A stretch of 56,081 nt of DNA, filler included, from Platydemus manokwari (Eukaryota), in NCBI GenBank assembly GCA_037951405.1. It is 5 parts of 5 records of this genome, joined end to end, with 100 filler letters (N's around TTAATTAATTAA, not from the genome) between each part and the next. Parts side by side here need not be neighbours in the genome. Positions count along the whole stretch, not along the records: positions 11,625 to 25,204 come from JBBMOY011682511.1; positions 25,305 to 35,174 come from JBBMOY011194877.1; positions 35,275 to 46,265 come from JBBMOY010992194.1; 2 more parts are not named here. One strand, given 5' to 3'. Below, piece after piece: positions 24,701 through 38,391 of this stretch (its first letter is position 1; each line of letters starts with the position of its first letter). Below the pieces are notes generated by a model. That model had not been told where the DNA came from, made no database searches, and saw only the letters and a list, made by a program, of their open reading frames with translations. Position numbers and translations under genes: made by a program.

Positions 24701-25204
24701 ATAATTTCTGCTCTATTTTTGACATTATAATAATAAAAATCTTATCTTATTTAAACTCAGCGGTAGATGAATTTTATTTTCGATCAGTAAGATGGTACTA
24801 GGATTGAACCACTGTACTGTACCTATCGAGTGACTGTATAATACGTACGTTTTTCAGTTGGGTAGTGTAAATGTTATAGAATTAACAATTGTATTATATA
24901 TGCCTTATAACATGTCTTGACGGATAATCATAAAACCATCGAAAAAACTAATCGGTTCAAATAGAAATTATAATACAAGATGCCGATGATTAATTAATAT
25001 GATGAATTCAAGTATCTAATATGTTTTTATATTCGCAATATATTAAATAAAACGATAATGAAAACAATTATCATAAAATGAATCAAATTAGTTTTGGATT
25101 CGAGAACTGTAAATTTAAGGGAAAGCATTATAAAGTAAAATTTAACATACAAGCAAAACATGTGAATAAAACTATAAATAGTACACCTTCCGAACAAACA
25201 CCTA

Positions 25205-25304
25205 NNNNNNNNNNNNNNNNNNNNNNNNNNNNNNNNNNNNNNNNNNNNTTAATTAATTAANNNNNNNNNNNNNNNNNNNNNNNNNNNNNNNNNNNNNNNN
25301 NNNN
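25205..25304. other. Artificial contig spacer
   Basis: 44N-TTAATTAATTAA-44N. Confidence 0.97.
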
Positions 25305-25365
25305 ACTTGTTCCGATTGAAGTGAAGGAAGAATTAAAATAATAAATGATGATAAATAATAAGGAT

Positions 25366-25366
25366 A

Positions 25367-25413
<47 letters not shown>
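25366..25413. repeat. (TAA)n microsatellite
   Basis: Seen directly. Confidence 0.95.
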
Positions 25414-25415
<2 letters not shown>

Positions 25416-26059
25416 CTTTGTGTGCTAATATAGAGAGTGAAGTAAACAATGATATGTTGGCTGGTTCAAACAAACAATAAGATATAAATAATAGAATAAA
25501 GCTATATTTGGAAGAGTCAATGGAGGAATCTCTGCAACCTGTAAAGGATTATGAAATATTAATCATTCTATCGATTAAGGTGGATAAAATCAAATCGGGG
25601 TGCAAATCTATTAAGTAATACATTATATCTACATACTTCTGTCATTTGAGTGAACATCTAAATGATACACACTCGATAATTGTTGCCTAGGAAATACAAA
25701 TCTTTTCTGTTTTTATAATTTAAACCAGATATATTGATATATTTGGTTATCGATTATCGATATCTCCACAGATATTGAATGTCAGTTCAGACATAAATGA
25801 ATGACCAATCAGAAAACAGCTTAAAATATTCTTTGTTATTATTATTATTTACATTATTATTACTTTTATTGAAGATGAAAAAATGTATTTATTCCAAAAG
25901 GACAATAAATGAAAGTACAAAATATGAATGTAAGTAATGAAATGAAAAGCATTTACTGATATCAGCGTCAACATCTCAAATTGCACTCATTCTTCGGTCC
26001 ATAGAATTCATTATAATATAGTTTTTCCCTTAGAAATAAATATTAAGATGTATTATACA

Positions 26060-26280
26060 TAAACATGACAGTCTTCACGACTAGGTCGCACAAGTGCTCA
26101 AGTCGGTTTTTAAATTGAATTATTAAGATTGATATGTCTGATATTCTGAATCGAGATTTCTTCATTTGAAGTCTTCTCATTCACCTTTCAACATTGTCGA
26201 GTAGCTCTGTTATCCACTTGTTGGTTTGGGTGACCAGTGCCGGAGAGTTAGTACTCGATCCCAACAGATAATTTTTAAAT
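26060..26280 (-). mobile_element. CR1-like LINE remnant (C-terminal ORF2 region)
   Basis: Frameshifted IEY-SPA/WSP...KWITELLDNVER resembles the CR1 LEYxSxVWSP...I..LE.VQRR motif. Confidence 0.35.
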
Positions 26281-28199
26281 CACTTGAATATAATGGAAAA
26301 ATCAATAAAATTGACCACTCACAATGGAAAGCTGTTTAATGAAAGCTTCAAATGCTTTTCATACCAGAAAATAATATAATCCATAACCTGTTTATAACGA
26401 ATAAAGTTTAACTGTAATAAAATGCAATTGCAACAACTTTAGTTAATTAATGTTTGAGTCGATAGAGGACAAATATAAACTTGAAAGCATTAAGCAAACC
26501 GAAATCATAACAACAATAAGTGCTTTTGATCACATGCTGTCGCCATACAAAACATTGAAAGAAGCTCAAGCAAATAACTATTCGAACGATGATCAAAAAC
26601 AATAATAACTGATATTTCTCTCAATTAGTTTGCTTTAATTATGTCAATAAATTTTATTTCGATTATATCTATTGATAGTTAACGTTACCAAATCTCTGAC
26701 CTAATTTACAACAAACTTCACTGCTATCGTTTTGGTGTTTGTTTCGAACTGGCCAATCATTTTAGTTCAACATGCTATCACTGTATTTTATTATTTTTGA
26801 TATTTTTAAAATCTTGATGAGATGCTATGTTATAAATGAATCCAATAAAAATGCTGTAAAATAAAACCCGAAACATATTTCACAGATATCTAATATTGAT
26901 TTAAAATGAAATGAGCTTTACTGATGAATATTTCAATAATGATGGTGCAAAATCTGGGCAATAATTTGACATATCGATTATATGATTGATCTACTTACTT
27001 CTTATGAAGAAATATGAATCAATTCTAATTTACTCCTTAACAATAACCTATCTATGCTAGACACGTATATCGTTTCCATTGACAGCGACCTAAATATTCG
27101 GATTGTAAGATGCAATTAACATAATTATTCTCACCCAATTTCAGACGATTATTTGCGCGAAGGACAAAGCATTCCCATAGAGAGGGATTAAAAATCAAAG
27201 TTTAAAGAGAGGATTGACAGAAAAAGAAATGGTTATTTATTTAAATTTTTTTGATGGTTCCATTTAGATCGGATAATTATTGTCATTGTTGGAATCAGAA
27301 TTTATTACATAAATCATAAATAATGACGNNNNNNNNNNTTACAACAGTTTTCTATTGAACAATATAAAAATAATCTATGAAACGTTCTCATCTTCATCAC
27401 AATAAACATATGGAAATCAATATTTCAATAAGTAAAATCAATAATTAAAATCAATAAGTAAAATTCTAAGTACAACATCTAAGTACAATTCTTGTAAATA
27501 AAATAATAATAAAATATTTTATGGTTTATATAATAGTTTCTCATATTAATTACATTTCTCCAAATATCATACAGAAAATGTAGACAAAATTGATCTAGAG
27601 AAACCTTATAATGAGCATTTTTACCCTGTTTATCACCAAAATAAGACCATGACTGAACTCAAATATATAATTATAAAACTTAGCTAAACATCACGTGAAA
27701 CATGTTTTTACACCCAGACCAATAGACATCCCTACTAATAAAATTCTCAAAATGTGTTCCTGTCTTAATTTCCCCCAATATTAAATCGAATATAAAATTC
27801 CACAAACATGTAATTGAAATTGTAGGTAATGCCACATCAATTTATTATTATTTATTTAATCTTTCCTTGATGGCTTATCGGTTAATTATAATCATATTTA
27901 TATCAAAATATAATTATAAGCTATGTTTCCGATTATTATTAATAACTCAATTTCCGCCACCAAAGAAAAGAAAAATACCAAATAATGTGGTTTTTAGATT
28001 TGTTTTTCAAAATAAATTTAATATTGTCGAAAGAGGGAACACTTGTTGAATGATAATTGATCCAATAATAATACATATATTTGATGTCAGTATATGTGTG
28101 TGCCTATGAATGTGTGTGTGTGTCACGGTAGAATTAATAAATGATAAGATAATATAATCTGGTAAAAATATTCCATCGAATGAATAATAAAACACTTAC

Positions 28200-28289
28200 C
28201 GTCAAGTTGAGATGGTCATAGATAATATCTATAAAACTACCGAGCACTATGATAAAATCGAAGACATTCCAGGCGTCACTGAAGTAGTT
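28200..28289 (-). CDS. Cav1: L-type Ca2+ channel alpha1 exon (IVS3): [30 protein letters not shown]
   Basis: AG/GT bounded, 90 nt, phase 0-0. Confidence 0.92.
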
Positions 28290-29214
28290 CTAAAAGAAAA
28301 AGGTTTAGCATGTTACCTAATATCACCAGTTAGACATATATTTAGCAGTATTATTTCACTATCAACCGTTTTTATTATTGTTACTCAATTTTATGATTCC
28401 AATATAAATCATATCTAATAAATTATTCACATATTTTATATAGTAGTAGCCATTCTTATTGTTATTAATTCTTTCAGTGAGCCAACACTACTTGAATTGA
28501 ATTGTCAATGTTTCATTCATAAGACATTATCGCGAAACAATAATACTTCTCTGGACTTTCGAATCGGATACTTGATACTTAAATAATTGGAAACTGACTT
28601 GGTAAATTTTCTTTCAACTGAGAGAAAGAAAATATAAAAATATTAATTCTTTCATGATCACACATTTTCTTTAGTTTGAATCGAGATTGTAATTAATGTA
28701 AAATGAGTAATGGTTGGCAAATAGAACATAAAATCATCCACAAATATTTTATATTTAATACGATTTGAGATGGTTTATCATATAGTGGAATAATTTGTAT
28801 ATAATAATATCCGATTAGCACTTATTGAGTTCATTGTATTAGAAACATCTGATTGGCTGAACATATCGAATGAGTCATCATCTATAGAATTATTCGCTGA
28901 CAGCAGATCCGTATGAGTTTTATTACATGGTATAAAATGTGATGATTTTGAATAATTTTTGAAAATATTGATGATATGTTCTATGAAAATAAAATTGTGG
29001 AGTTTCGATCTTTCATTAGTACTTAAGTTTCATTGATACATTCAAATGAATGATTTATGATGCATTGTTTCAGTAGTTGTTTAACAGTTGTTTTACTGGT
29101 GGCCGAATTTACAGTTGATATCATAATCTGATATCGTGATGTATTGATGAATATATTCATCAGTGATTATAATAAGAAATAATAATAATAATGAGACAAC
29201 AATTCCAATCTCAC

Positions 29215-29325
29215 TTTAAAACCGAAAGCCGCAAGTTTCAGAACAAATTCAACGGTAAATACGCCGGTAAATACCATGTTCAAGTAGTCCATGACTTTCT
29301 CGTATTGTGTCGGTTGGTTGTCAAA
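29215..29325 (-). CDS. Cav1: L-type Ca2+ channel alpha1 exon (IVS2): [37 protein letters not shown]
   Basis: AG/GT bounded, 111 nt, phase 0-0. Confidence 0.93.
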
Positions 29326-32156
29326 CTGAAAAATGGAAAACCAATGAAAAACATCTCGATCCAACCATTTATTCTTTATCGCTATTTTAGCTGTTTATAT
29401 ATGTGATAATTTAAAAATTTTTTTGAATATTTTTTAACCAATTGGCTTTCTTTTTCTATGATTTTCTATACAAGGCATAATCTCTATAATATTTCACAGT
29501 ACATCCATTATAAACACACACACGCACACATAAATGCAATTGGAATCGGTAATTTCTCAATATTTACAGAATACCTTAGTAAAATCTCAAAGTTATAAAC
29601 GTCATTTGTTGAAATAATAATATAATTATAGATTCTAATAAAAAACTCAAAACTGCTATTGATGAGTTGCACAAAATGTCTCTCTCTCCTTCTCTTTCAT
29701 TCATAAAAATCTAATCGTTGACAACCTCATAGGACGCTCGTTTTCAACATCGATTCATCTTATCTTTTGGATTAGTTTTTAATTATATTTTACTGTTGCA
29801 AAATTCTCTCATTCAAACAAGTGTGAATAATTCGAATTCATTTGATGTGGGGTAGGCCATTTCTGTAACTTCAAAAACCACCTCACGCAACAAAGGCTCC
29901 GGGGGAGATTTAATGAATTATTTCTCTTCGTTCGCAGAAAGAAAAAAGAAAAATCTATATAAGGGATAATAAGTGAATGAATGGGAAATAAAAATTGCGG
30001 AACACGGATTCACTTGAAATATCGTATATTAGACAAGTCAATCACAGCCACAAATAACAGTTACAACGACTAAAGAAAGCTGATAAATTCATTAAAAGAC
30101 CCAATGAGATTACAAGAAAGAATTCTATTAAAAATTTATTAGAATTGAACAGTGTCATTGAAATACAACCGAATCTGTGATTATAGATTTATTATTAGAC
30201 TGTCACAAAATTGTATGTATGCATATGTACGGATATGTTGTAAATGATATAGTAAAACAAAGAAAAGGAAATTCTATGAATCCCGGTTCGACGTAAACCC
30301 ACTCCTTGAAATCATTGATTGTCTTCATAAAAAAAACTTCTGAATCAATTGCTGTGAAATAATTGAATATTTTGTTTACTTAACTTTTCATGTTTTATTT
30401 TATTATTAATAATAACTCATCACTATTCGTTTTGTTTATTGATTTTGATACTCCGCTAAATCACAAATTATCAACAAATTACGATTATGTGATGAGTTAG
30501 GCCATAACAATTCAATGTTCCCCAATGATATTTCTCAATACTTCATTGAAATCAATGATTATGCCATCATAATCATTTTTAGATCAACATGATAAATGTT
30601 CCCTCTGATTTTTGGAAGTCTCTGTGCGAAATATTTGGTGCTGTGTAAAATATAACAAGCTAAAATTAATTGAGTACACTGTGCGCACAAGAATAAACAT
30701 AAGACAAGAAAATAATTTATTAATTTTATAGACTCTTTATTTCTTTACAAGATCAATTGTAGAGATACAATAAACTGTTGAAGCTATAATAAAACAATTA
30801 CTTAAAGCAAATAAATTGTACATTGTACTTTTTGTTTGTGTCGGTTGTTTACAAGCATTATAAATCTTCTCTTCTGTCCTTTGCCTGTTCCCATTCTTTG
30901 TACACACAATCTAAATCAACTAGACCATTACTTTGAATATAGGTCTTAATTCTTACAATTATATCCAGATGTACATCACCCATTCTATTTCTTTGCTTGG
31001 TTTTAATGGAATTTATTAAACTAAATCCCTTCTCACTGTTGCTAAAGAAATAAAAATCCCATTCTCAAAACCGATATTTAAACAAAGTTGTTGACATTGA
31101 GCCAGTACTTTGTTCACAGTAAGAAACTTTTGTGCACTGTTGTTTTCCCTTTGTGTGCACAGACATTATACAACTGTGCACACCAATTTTCCAGGTGACA
31201 TTGAACATGATCACATTGATTAAGAATCATTACTAATACTCACTAATGCAATGCAAGCAAAAATAGTAATGTTCGCCTATCCGAAATTATATATATATAT
31301 AATATCAGTTAGATATTAACACATACTTAATATTCATTTTGTAAAAATCATAAGAAATATAAATCATATTTCAATAATATTATCCAATATTAGTCAACAA
31401 TATCATCAAATACTCAACAATATCTGATAATATCAATGGCATTTTAATGAGAATGAAATGTGAATATATCATATTATCAGAATGTAAATCACGATGCTAA
31501 ATGAAACCCCGTAATTGTTCTATAGTCAATTTACCATATCATATCAGATATAATCTAATGGAATATCCTGCTTTCATTTCGTTATTATTAAGGTTTGTAA
31601 ACCATTTCTGTCTGTGACCACGATATATATATATATATATATATTAGTATTTATTTATTTTATCTAATCATATCTGTTTATATCATAGAACCGATGTCCT
31701 TGACTTTCCTCAAAATGAAACCAACTACCAAAAAAACAACATAATTCAAAATGGCATTCCTCCTAGTGGTATTGTCGAAAACAAATTCATATACTCTCCC
31801 CTCCAAATTGTCAAATAATAATGCTTGATCTCTAATTAATTAATTATTATTATAATTATCCAAATTATAATCACAGTTTTATATTTTATTTATTAGTCAA
31901 ATAAATCAATCTAAAGCAATTCGTGTGCAGCAAAATTGACAAAACAATTTGTAATGGGATTGTGAGGTATAAAATTAATGGATTCATCAAGGTTATTGCT
32001 GTAAATAAGAGAGAATAATTTAGAATAATTTTTCCCTAACCATATAATCTCAGTGGGTTTAAATAATAACATTTAATCTGAATTGATAGAAACGAATAAA
32101 ATTATCCAAGTTATAAATATACTGACTCAATAATACCAATAGAATCCCATTATTAC

Positions 32157-32315
32157 CTTCAGAGCGAGCGAGATTGTATTGAGCATTATTAAAACGAAAA
32201 TGATGTATTCAAATGGACGAGAAGTGATCAACCACCAAATTCGATATCTGAAGCTCTGTTTCGGAATATATCGACGAACAGGTTTTGCTTTCAAGGCGAA
32301 TTCAATACATTTTCT
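32157..32315 (-). CDS. Cav1: L-type Ca2+ channel alpha1 exon (III-IV linker, IVS1): [19 protein letters not shown]...LALK
   Basis: AG/GT bounded, 159 nt, with the L-type linker signature. Confidence 0.95.
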
Positions 32316-33352
32316 CTGTAACAGAAAACACTCATTAATAAATCCCACAAAAATCGATGATGATAATAAATCACAATAAACACTTTCAGTTGATGTATTC
32401 CACAGAAATTTTTTCTCAATATTTACAAAAACAAGGGAAAACAAAAATTGAGAAATGGGATAATTATTCATTAATGTAGACCAAATATCATATGGGTGAT
32501 TATCACAAGCCAGAAATGATCCAATAATGGAAATATTTGTTTGAATTGTTTATCAAATTAATTAATTAATATTACATTCTCAACGAATAAGTTTCGAATA
32601 AATCAATCTCTATTAATCACATTTGTACCAAAAAGGAATCGATAACTTTATATCATCATTTTTTATTTTCATCCCAGATTTTAAGCCCATATTGCATTTA
32701 TGATTATATACCATTATATATTAATTGGAAGAATGAATGAAACCATTAATATATTAATCAAGTCATTAGCATTTCATGATAATAACCAAACAATTGACTT
32801 ACCAAATTATTATAAATCTATTAGTAAATACCGAATTAATTAACATAAATCTCATGTATAGAAATTATAAATTATCAAAATGATCTATTATAATATAATG
32901 GAGAACAAAAATAATTGCATAAAATAATAGATTTAATCAATTGGTTATTGATTTAATTATTTATTTATAAATTTACTGGAATAGAATAAATGTGGATAGA
33001 AAACAAACATCTGATCCATGCTAAGCAATTCATGTGATAATTTCACTCAATATTTTGAATATTATACGGATAATTTTTAAAACCACAAGTTTTTGCCTTA
33101 GAAAATAACCTTATTTTTTAATTATACTATCAATACAATTATTATCTGATGGATACCTAGATAAAATTAAACAGGAAATTGGTTTCAAAATGAATATTGG
33201 AGTAATAAATGTTCATCTACTTGCAACTATGACATTTGATTTAATATCGCAATGTGAAATCGATTAAATTAACAATATGAGTGATACTGTTTCCATAGTA
33301 ACTACCAATAACCAGCGACAGGGGATTATAAGTATGTTTAATGATGGCTCAC

Positions 33353-33542
33353 TTGATTTTTATCTAATTCACAATTTTTGTATTCTTCTTCACCTTCTTG
33401 TTGAAAAGTGACGATAACGAAACCGACAAATATATTGATCATGAAGAATGCTATGACAATGATATAAGCGATGTAAAAAAGAGAAACCACCGGACGATTA
33501 TTGTAGATGCCACTATAATCTTCCTTGAAAGAATCGATAGAT
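33353..33542 (-). CDS. Cav1: L-type Ca2+ channel alpha1 exon (IIIS6): SIDS...[34 protein letters not shown]
   Basis: AG/GT bounded, 190 nt, phase 2-0. Confidence 0.95.
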
Positions 33543-33593
33543 CTTAATAAATATTCAAATAATACCAGGAATCATTCTAATGAAAGTATGTAC

Positions 33594-33752
33594 TTGTATA
33601 ACAGTCCAGGCCAGCCTTCAAATGTTGATACGGCAAATAGAGTGAGCATTGCATTTGCAACATTGTCGAAATTTAGAGGATTGTTGTTCCATTCTCGTTT
33701 GTTGACAATTGCTTTGCCAATATTTTCTTCATTATACCAAATGTATTGGCCT
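33594..33752 (-). CDS. Cav1: L-type Ca2+ channel alpha1 exon (domain III pore loop): NFDNVANAMLTLFAVSTFEGWPGLLY
   Basis: Carries the selectivity-filter Glu (TFEGW). Flanked by 57- and 51-nt introns, phase 2-2. Confidence 0.95.
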
Positions 33753-33809
33753 CTTGACAATTATTATTCAATACAGTATTTCATCAATAAGTATTATTGA
33801 GGGGCTTAC

Positions 33810-33970
33810 TTGCATGTTTGGTTGGAGTTTTTGGATTGATCGTTGCAAAATTGAAATTTTCCGTTGAATAACTGGACCCCGATAACAGCAAACATAAACT
33901 CCAAAAGAAATGTGACAAGCATGATGTTTCCGATACTTTTCACTGCTACTACTACGCATTGAACAACTCT
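33810..33970 (-). CDS. Cav1: L-type Ca2+ channel alpha1 exon (IIIS5): [44 protein letters not shown]
   Basis: AG/GT bounded, 161 nt, phase 0-2. Confidence 0.95.
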
Positions 33971-34072
33971 CTAAAAATTATGATAAATTAAAATAACATA
34001 AGTATATCAGAAACAAATAATAATAACAATAATTATAATAAGTATTATTATTATGACAATAATAATACTATT

Positions 34073-34112
<40 letters not shown>

Positions 34113-34419
34113 TTAATAGTCATGTTAAGTACTGACTTATATAACGGACTCAATTTCTTATATGAGTCCTCACAATTTATCATAGGATAACACTTTATAT
34201 ACAAGATGTAAGGTATAATTCTAACAATAAGTGTTAATAATGATAATCTCAAGCCGATGACTGTCTACGATAATTATGTTGCAACTACCAGCTTAGAATG
34301 CTCTTCTGGCTAGATAAATAAACTTCCGTAAGAGAGAAGGTTACATATTAATTGATCTTCTTATACCTCGACGTTCGACAACTTATGTGAAGATAGGTGG
34401 AACGGCTTATAAATGAAAT

Positions 34420-34807
34420 TATTATGGACTTCAATACTATATCAGTCTCTTCATCATTCTTTTTTACATTGCTCTCACCATTTGCTGTATTTTTTATTAT
34501 ATAGCTGATCAGTTCCAAAAAACTGGTAAGTGATGGTGAGAATGATTTCGATTATTAGAATGAAATAATGAACCTAAATCTCTAATTAAATTTACTCAAT
34601 TCATCTATAAATGGTTCCTGGGTTTTGCAAATGCAAAAGACATGATTATTTTCAGTGAATGATTAGCTTCCAGTATAGTATGCACCTGCAGTTCATCAAG
34701 TTTTTCTTTCAATTCATTCCCATCTTCGTCTGTCTGACTCAAATTTTAAACGTAGTATACTGTTTCTTCTTCAGTTAGTTCTGCCAAGTAGAGGATAAAA
34801 GGCGGTT
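34420..34807 (-). mobile_element. CR1/L2-like LINE RT C-terminal remnant
   Basis: Frameshifted DEDGNELKEKLDELQ and CLLHLQNPRNHL..VNLIRDLG resemble the CR1 motifs LQxDLD and KCxxxHxG..N...RDLG. Confidence 0.4.
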
Positions 34808-35174
34808 NNNNNNNNNNNNNNNNNNNNNNNNNNNNNNNNNNNNNNNNNNNNNNNNNNNNNNNNNNNNNNNNNNNNNNNNNNNNNNNNNNNNNNNNNNNNN
34901 NNNNNNNNNNNNNNNNNNNNNNNNNNNNNNNNNNNNNNNNNNNNNNNNNNNNNNNNNNNNNNNNNNNNNNNNNNNNNNNNNAAAAAAAAGATTAAAAAAC
35001 TAAATAGAATTAAAAAAACATTTGTGACACCCCCTCTTTTTAAAATAAAAAAACAATTTCATATACCATTGAGTAATACCTTGACACTACTAAAAATAAA
35101 TAAACATTTATAAAAATGGATCCAAATAAAATTAGATATGATGTTTATACTAATGATGAATTATCAGTAATCGA

Positions 35175-35274
35175 NNNNNNNNNNNNNNNNNNNNNNNNNN
35201 NNNNNNNNNNNNNNNNNNTTAATTAATTAANNNNNNNNNNNNNNNNNNNNNNNNNNNNNNNNNNNNNNNNNNNN
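35175..35274. other. Artificial contig spacer
   Basis: 44N-TTAATTAATTAA-44N, followed by (TG)n at 35275-35302. Confidence 0.97.
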
Positions 35275-35306
<32 letters not shown>

Positions 35307-36399
35307 ATTTATGGTTTACTGCCAACCAAAAATCTCAAATTCAAATAATTAAAAGAGGACAACATCAGAGAATTGATCAAAACCAATGAGGATTAAAACA
35401 AATATCGAAATAAATTTGGAAATCTATTAGAAATATACAAGTTTTGACATTTATTTAAATCGAGAAAAACTATTCGCGGATATTGAAAGAAATTTTCAAG
35501 AAAATATTCTTCAAAGGAAACAGCAAAATAGAGTTTTGACTATCGATTAATTAAATTTATCAAAAGATATTTCAAAAATTCTCTTGAAATTAAATTAATC
35601 AGTAATATTTGTAGAAAAAGTTTAGAGAAAAATAATACTTTTATTTACGATTATATCTGATAGTAAATGATTCCAGAATGCTGTAAACTAAAGAGATGAT
35701 TTATTTGAAACAGAAATTAATGATAGAAATTGTATAAAAGTGATTATTGATGTAAAAGTAAAACGATCCATCAATGTATAACTAAAAGTTAAATAAACGT
35801 GTTTGTCATTCTTAAATCAAACTTAAATTAAATATAATATTTTTTATTCTATTTTTATGGGACAGTAGTTAAATGATTTATTCGTTGTATTGACCGATGA
35901 GATAGCTTTAAATAGAATCAGTACTTATATACCAGTTCTTGTTGGCATTAAAATATTCATAATTTAAGTATAATTTGCTTTATTTATTTGATTATATTGT
36001 TGGTAAATGAAGCCAGTGAAATCTAATAGTCTGTATCAGAAAAATCGAATACAAATAAAAATGAAACTGAGAGAAAATTCTGGACCATTGATTGAGTATT
36101 TCTCATTAGTGTAGAAATTGAGTCTATTCATTTTTTTGTTTAAAGAAATTATAAATTTGAATGATCTTTCGTTCATTTTAAATTGATAAAAAATGTATCA
36201 CATAGAAAAATTCAGAAAAATTACTGACTTCAAAACTGTTGATCAGTGACCATGAAAAATTGCTGATAATATGGAAAATTATTAGAATGATAAAATGAGT
36301 CCGTTGTTCGACATGTAAATTTATATTGAAATAGATGAACTCTATATAATAATAGTAGTCGGGGTTATTGACAATCTTTTTTGTAAGTATCTTCATGAT

Positions 36400-37855
36400 T
36401 TTGTTTTGTCGATACAATACAAAGAAGATCAATGGAGCGCACTTGGTAAAACTTTGCATTTGATATTGAACTCCGAAGAAACGTTCATTGTATTACATGC
36501 ATCGCATAGATTTTTTCTGATAGTGGAGACCAATCCAAAGCGCAATGGCATAGATCTTGCATGCACATTCAAGGGGAGCAATGGCTTTCTTTTATTAGCT
36601 TGGATATAATCAGGGAAATAAAAATCTTCCATTCCGATGAGATTACTTTGTTGGTCACAATTCTGGAGAATCAAAGAAAAAATTTCATAAAGCGCTAATT
36701 TTATTCTTGTCCGTAGTACTGGGGTCCTTATTCTTTAAAATTGAGTGAATTTCTTCAATTTCCAATTCTGTAAATGAGAAGTTGGAACTCTCGTTGATAT
36801 GTTCTTTTTAAATGCAGATAATTACAGAATGTATGGAGCAATAACCCTGGAATTATTTGAAAATGTATATCTGATCTAGCTGTTCGAAATTACTCTTACT
36901 TGGCTAGAGGTCAGTTTTTGTGATCCTAATTTGTTAATTCGTATGCCGTTAAGGGAAAGTTTTTAAAGAAAATGCAAACACTCAAATCAGTCACACCATT
37001 TCGCAATATTTTGGGGCTTATGAAGAAAATGATTGCCGGATTCCTTGATACAACATAAGTTTTTAATAAAGACACAATATTTTGATAAAATCGAATGAAG
37101 AGAATCGCAAATCGACGCTTTATAAAGGATGAGGCAAAAACCGAATCCATTGTGTCTTTTATCACTGCGTTTGGTATTTTGAGAAGCGACGCTCTACTTC
37201 CAATCTTAAATTCTCATTATAAGATAACCTGCCAAGCTCAGTTAAGGATCGTGTTGGCATTGATAAATACTATGTTTGAGTTATGGTTGATGTTAAACGT
37301 ATAACCAATCACAAGAGGTTCACTGTCACTAAATTGTCACCCTGTATTAGGAGATAACTCGGACAATTATTTTCAGTTCCAATGGTGAATTTCGACTTTG
37401 GTTTTACATGGTTAATTGTGATGAACCTTTTTTTCTCAACAAACTCTCCTTCTTTGAGATCAAGCATTTTAAAGGTATTCTTTTTGACAAATATCACGAC
37501 AAGGTTCCTGAACTTAAAAAAACAAAAATTCAGTAATGCCATCGATGAAATTTAGAACTTGTGTTCTCTCAATAAAGAGGGGAATCACAAGATATTTCTT
37601 TTCTACCAAGGATAATCATCTGTTTTTCTGTAAAATACGCATTAATCATCTTTGTGTTTTTCGATTCAATCTTATTATGTCAGGTCCGTGGACAGGTTAA
37701 GAAAGATTTTTACAGAATACAAATCTTCATTAACCGACGCCATAGAACGGTACCAGTCTCGTATATGCTCAATATTTGTCGTAGTGCAAAAAATTTGAAT
37801 GGTCTCATAAGCAAATTATTTGTTGTGATGAATTAAGTGATTCAAGAAACCATTT
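36400..37855 (-). pseudogene. Degraded intronless ORF, possibly with a C-terminal RING-like Cys cluster
   Basis: ~1.45 kb of coding-like sequence broken into several ORFs. Joining frames near 36490-36570 gives LECACK-LCHCALDW...NLCDAC. TATAAAAA lies upstream at ~37916-37923 (-). Confidence 0.35.
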
Positions 37856-38391
37856 ACTGATTTAAACAACTATGAAACAACACTGAACAAACAAAGTAAT
37901 ATACTATGATGTCAGTTTTTATACAGAATTTCTTTGCGAGAATCGTTTAATTTCTCGCTGTCTCACTTTAATCATCTACTTTAATAGATTAATGCTATAA
38001 CGGAATGAACTTTTGATTTGTCAATGTAATATATTTTTCGCTTAATTTTCGATATGTTTCGAATTATAATTTCACTCAATCTCAAAGCAATATAAAACGC
38101 AGATCAATTACGTATTTGTAGTGCTTTATTTATTAGAGATATTAATTGAAATTAATTCTTTTTATAATCAGCGCGAATGTGAGTGCAATAATGAAAACAA
38201 ATATAATATTTCGAAGTGATTTATTCTAACAAAAAAATTTTCTAATAATATTTGGTTTGGGTTTTAAAATACAATTTAAAATACATTATAAATGATATAA
38301 AACAGCCAATTTTTAAAATTTAAAAGTAAGAATTTGAAAAAAATAATTTTGATATTTTGTTTTTAATTTCATAATTTCGGAAAAATTACAA

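Noticed and set aside
25440-25540. Possible Cav1 IVS5 exon (LTLPNIALFYYLYLIV)
   Set aside because: Only superficial similarity to ALPYVALL; it lacks FFIYAVIGMQ and the preceding IVS4 exon.
34007-34252. Poly-Ile hydrophobic ORF
   Set aside because: Translation of an (ATT)n microsatellite in a Cav1 intron.
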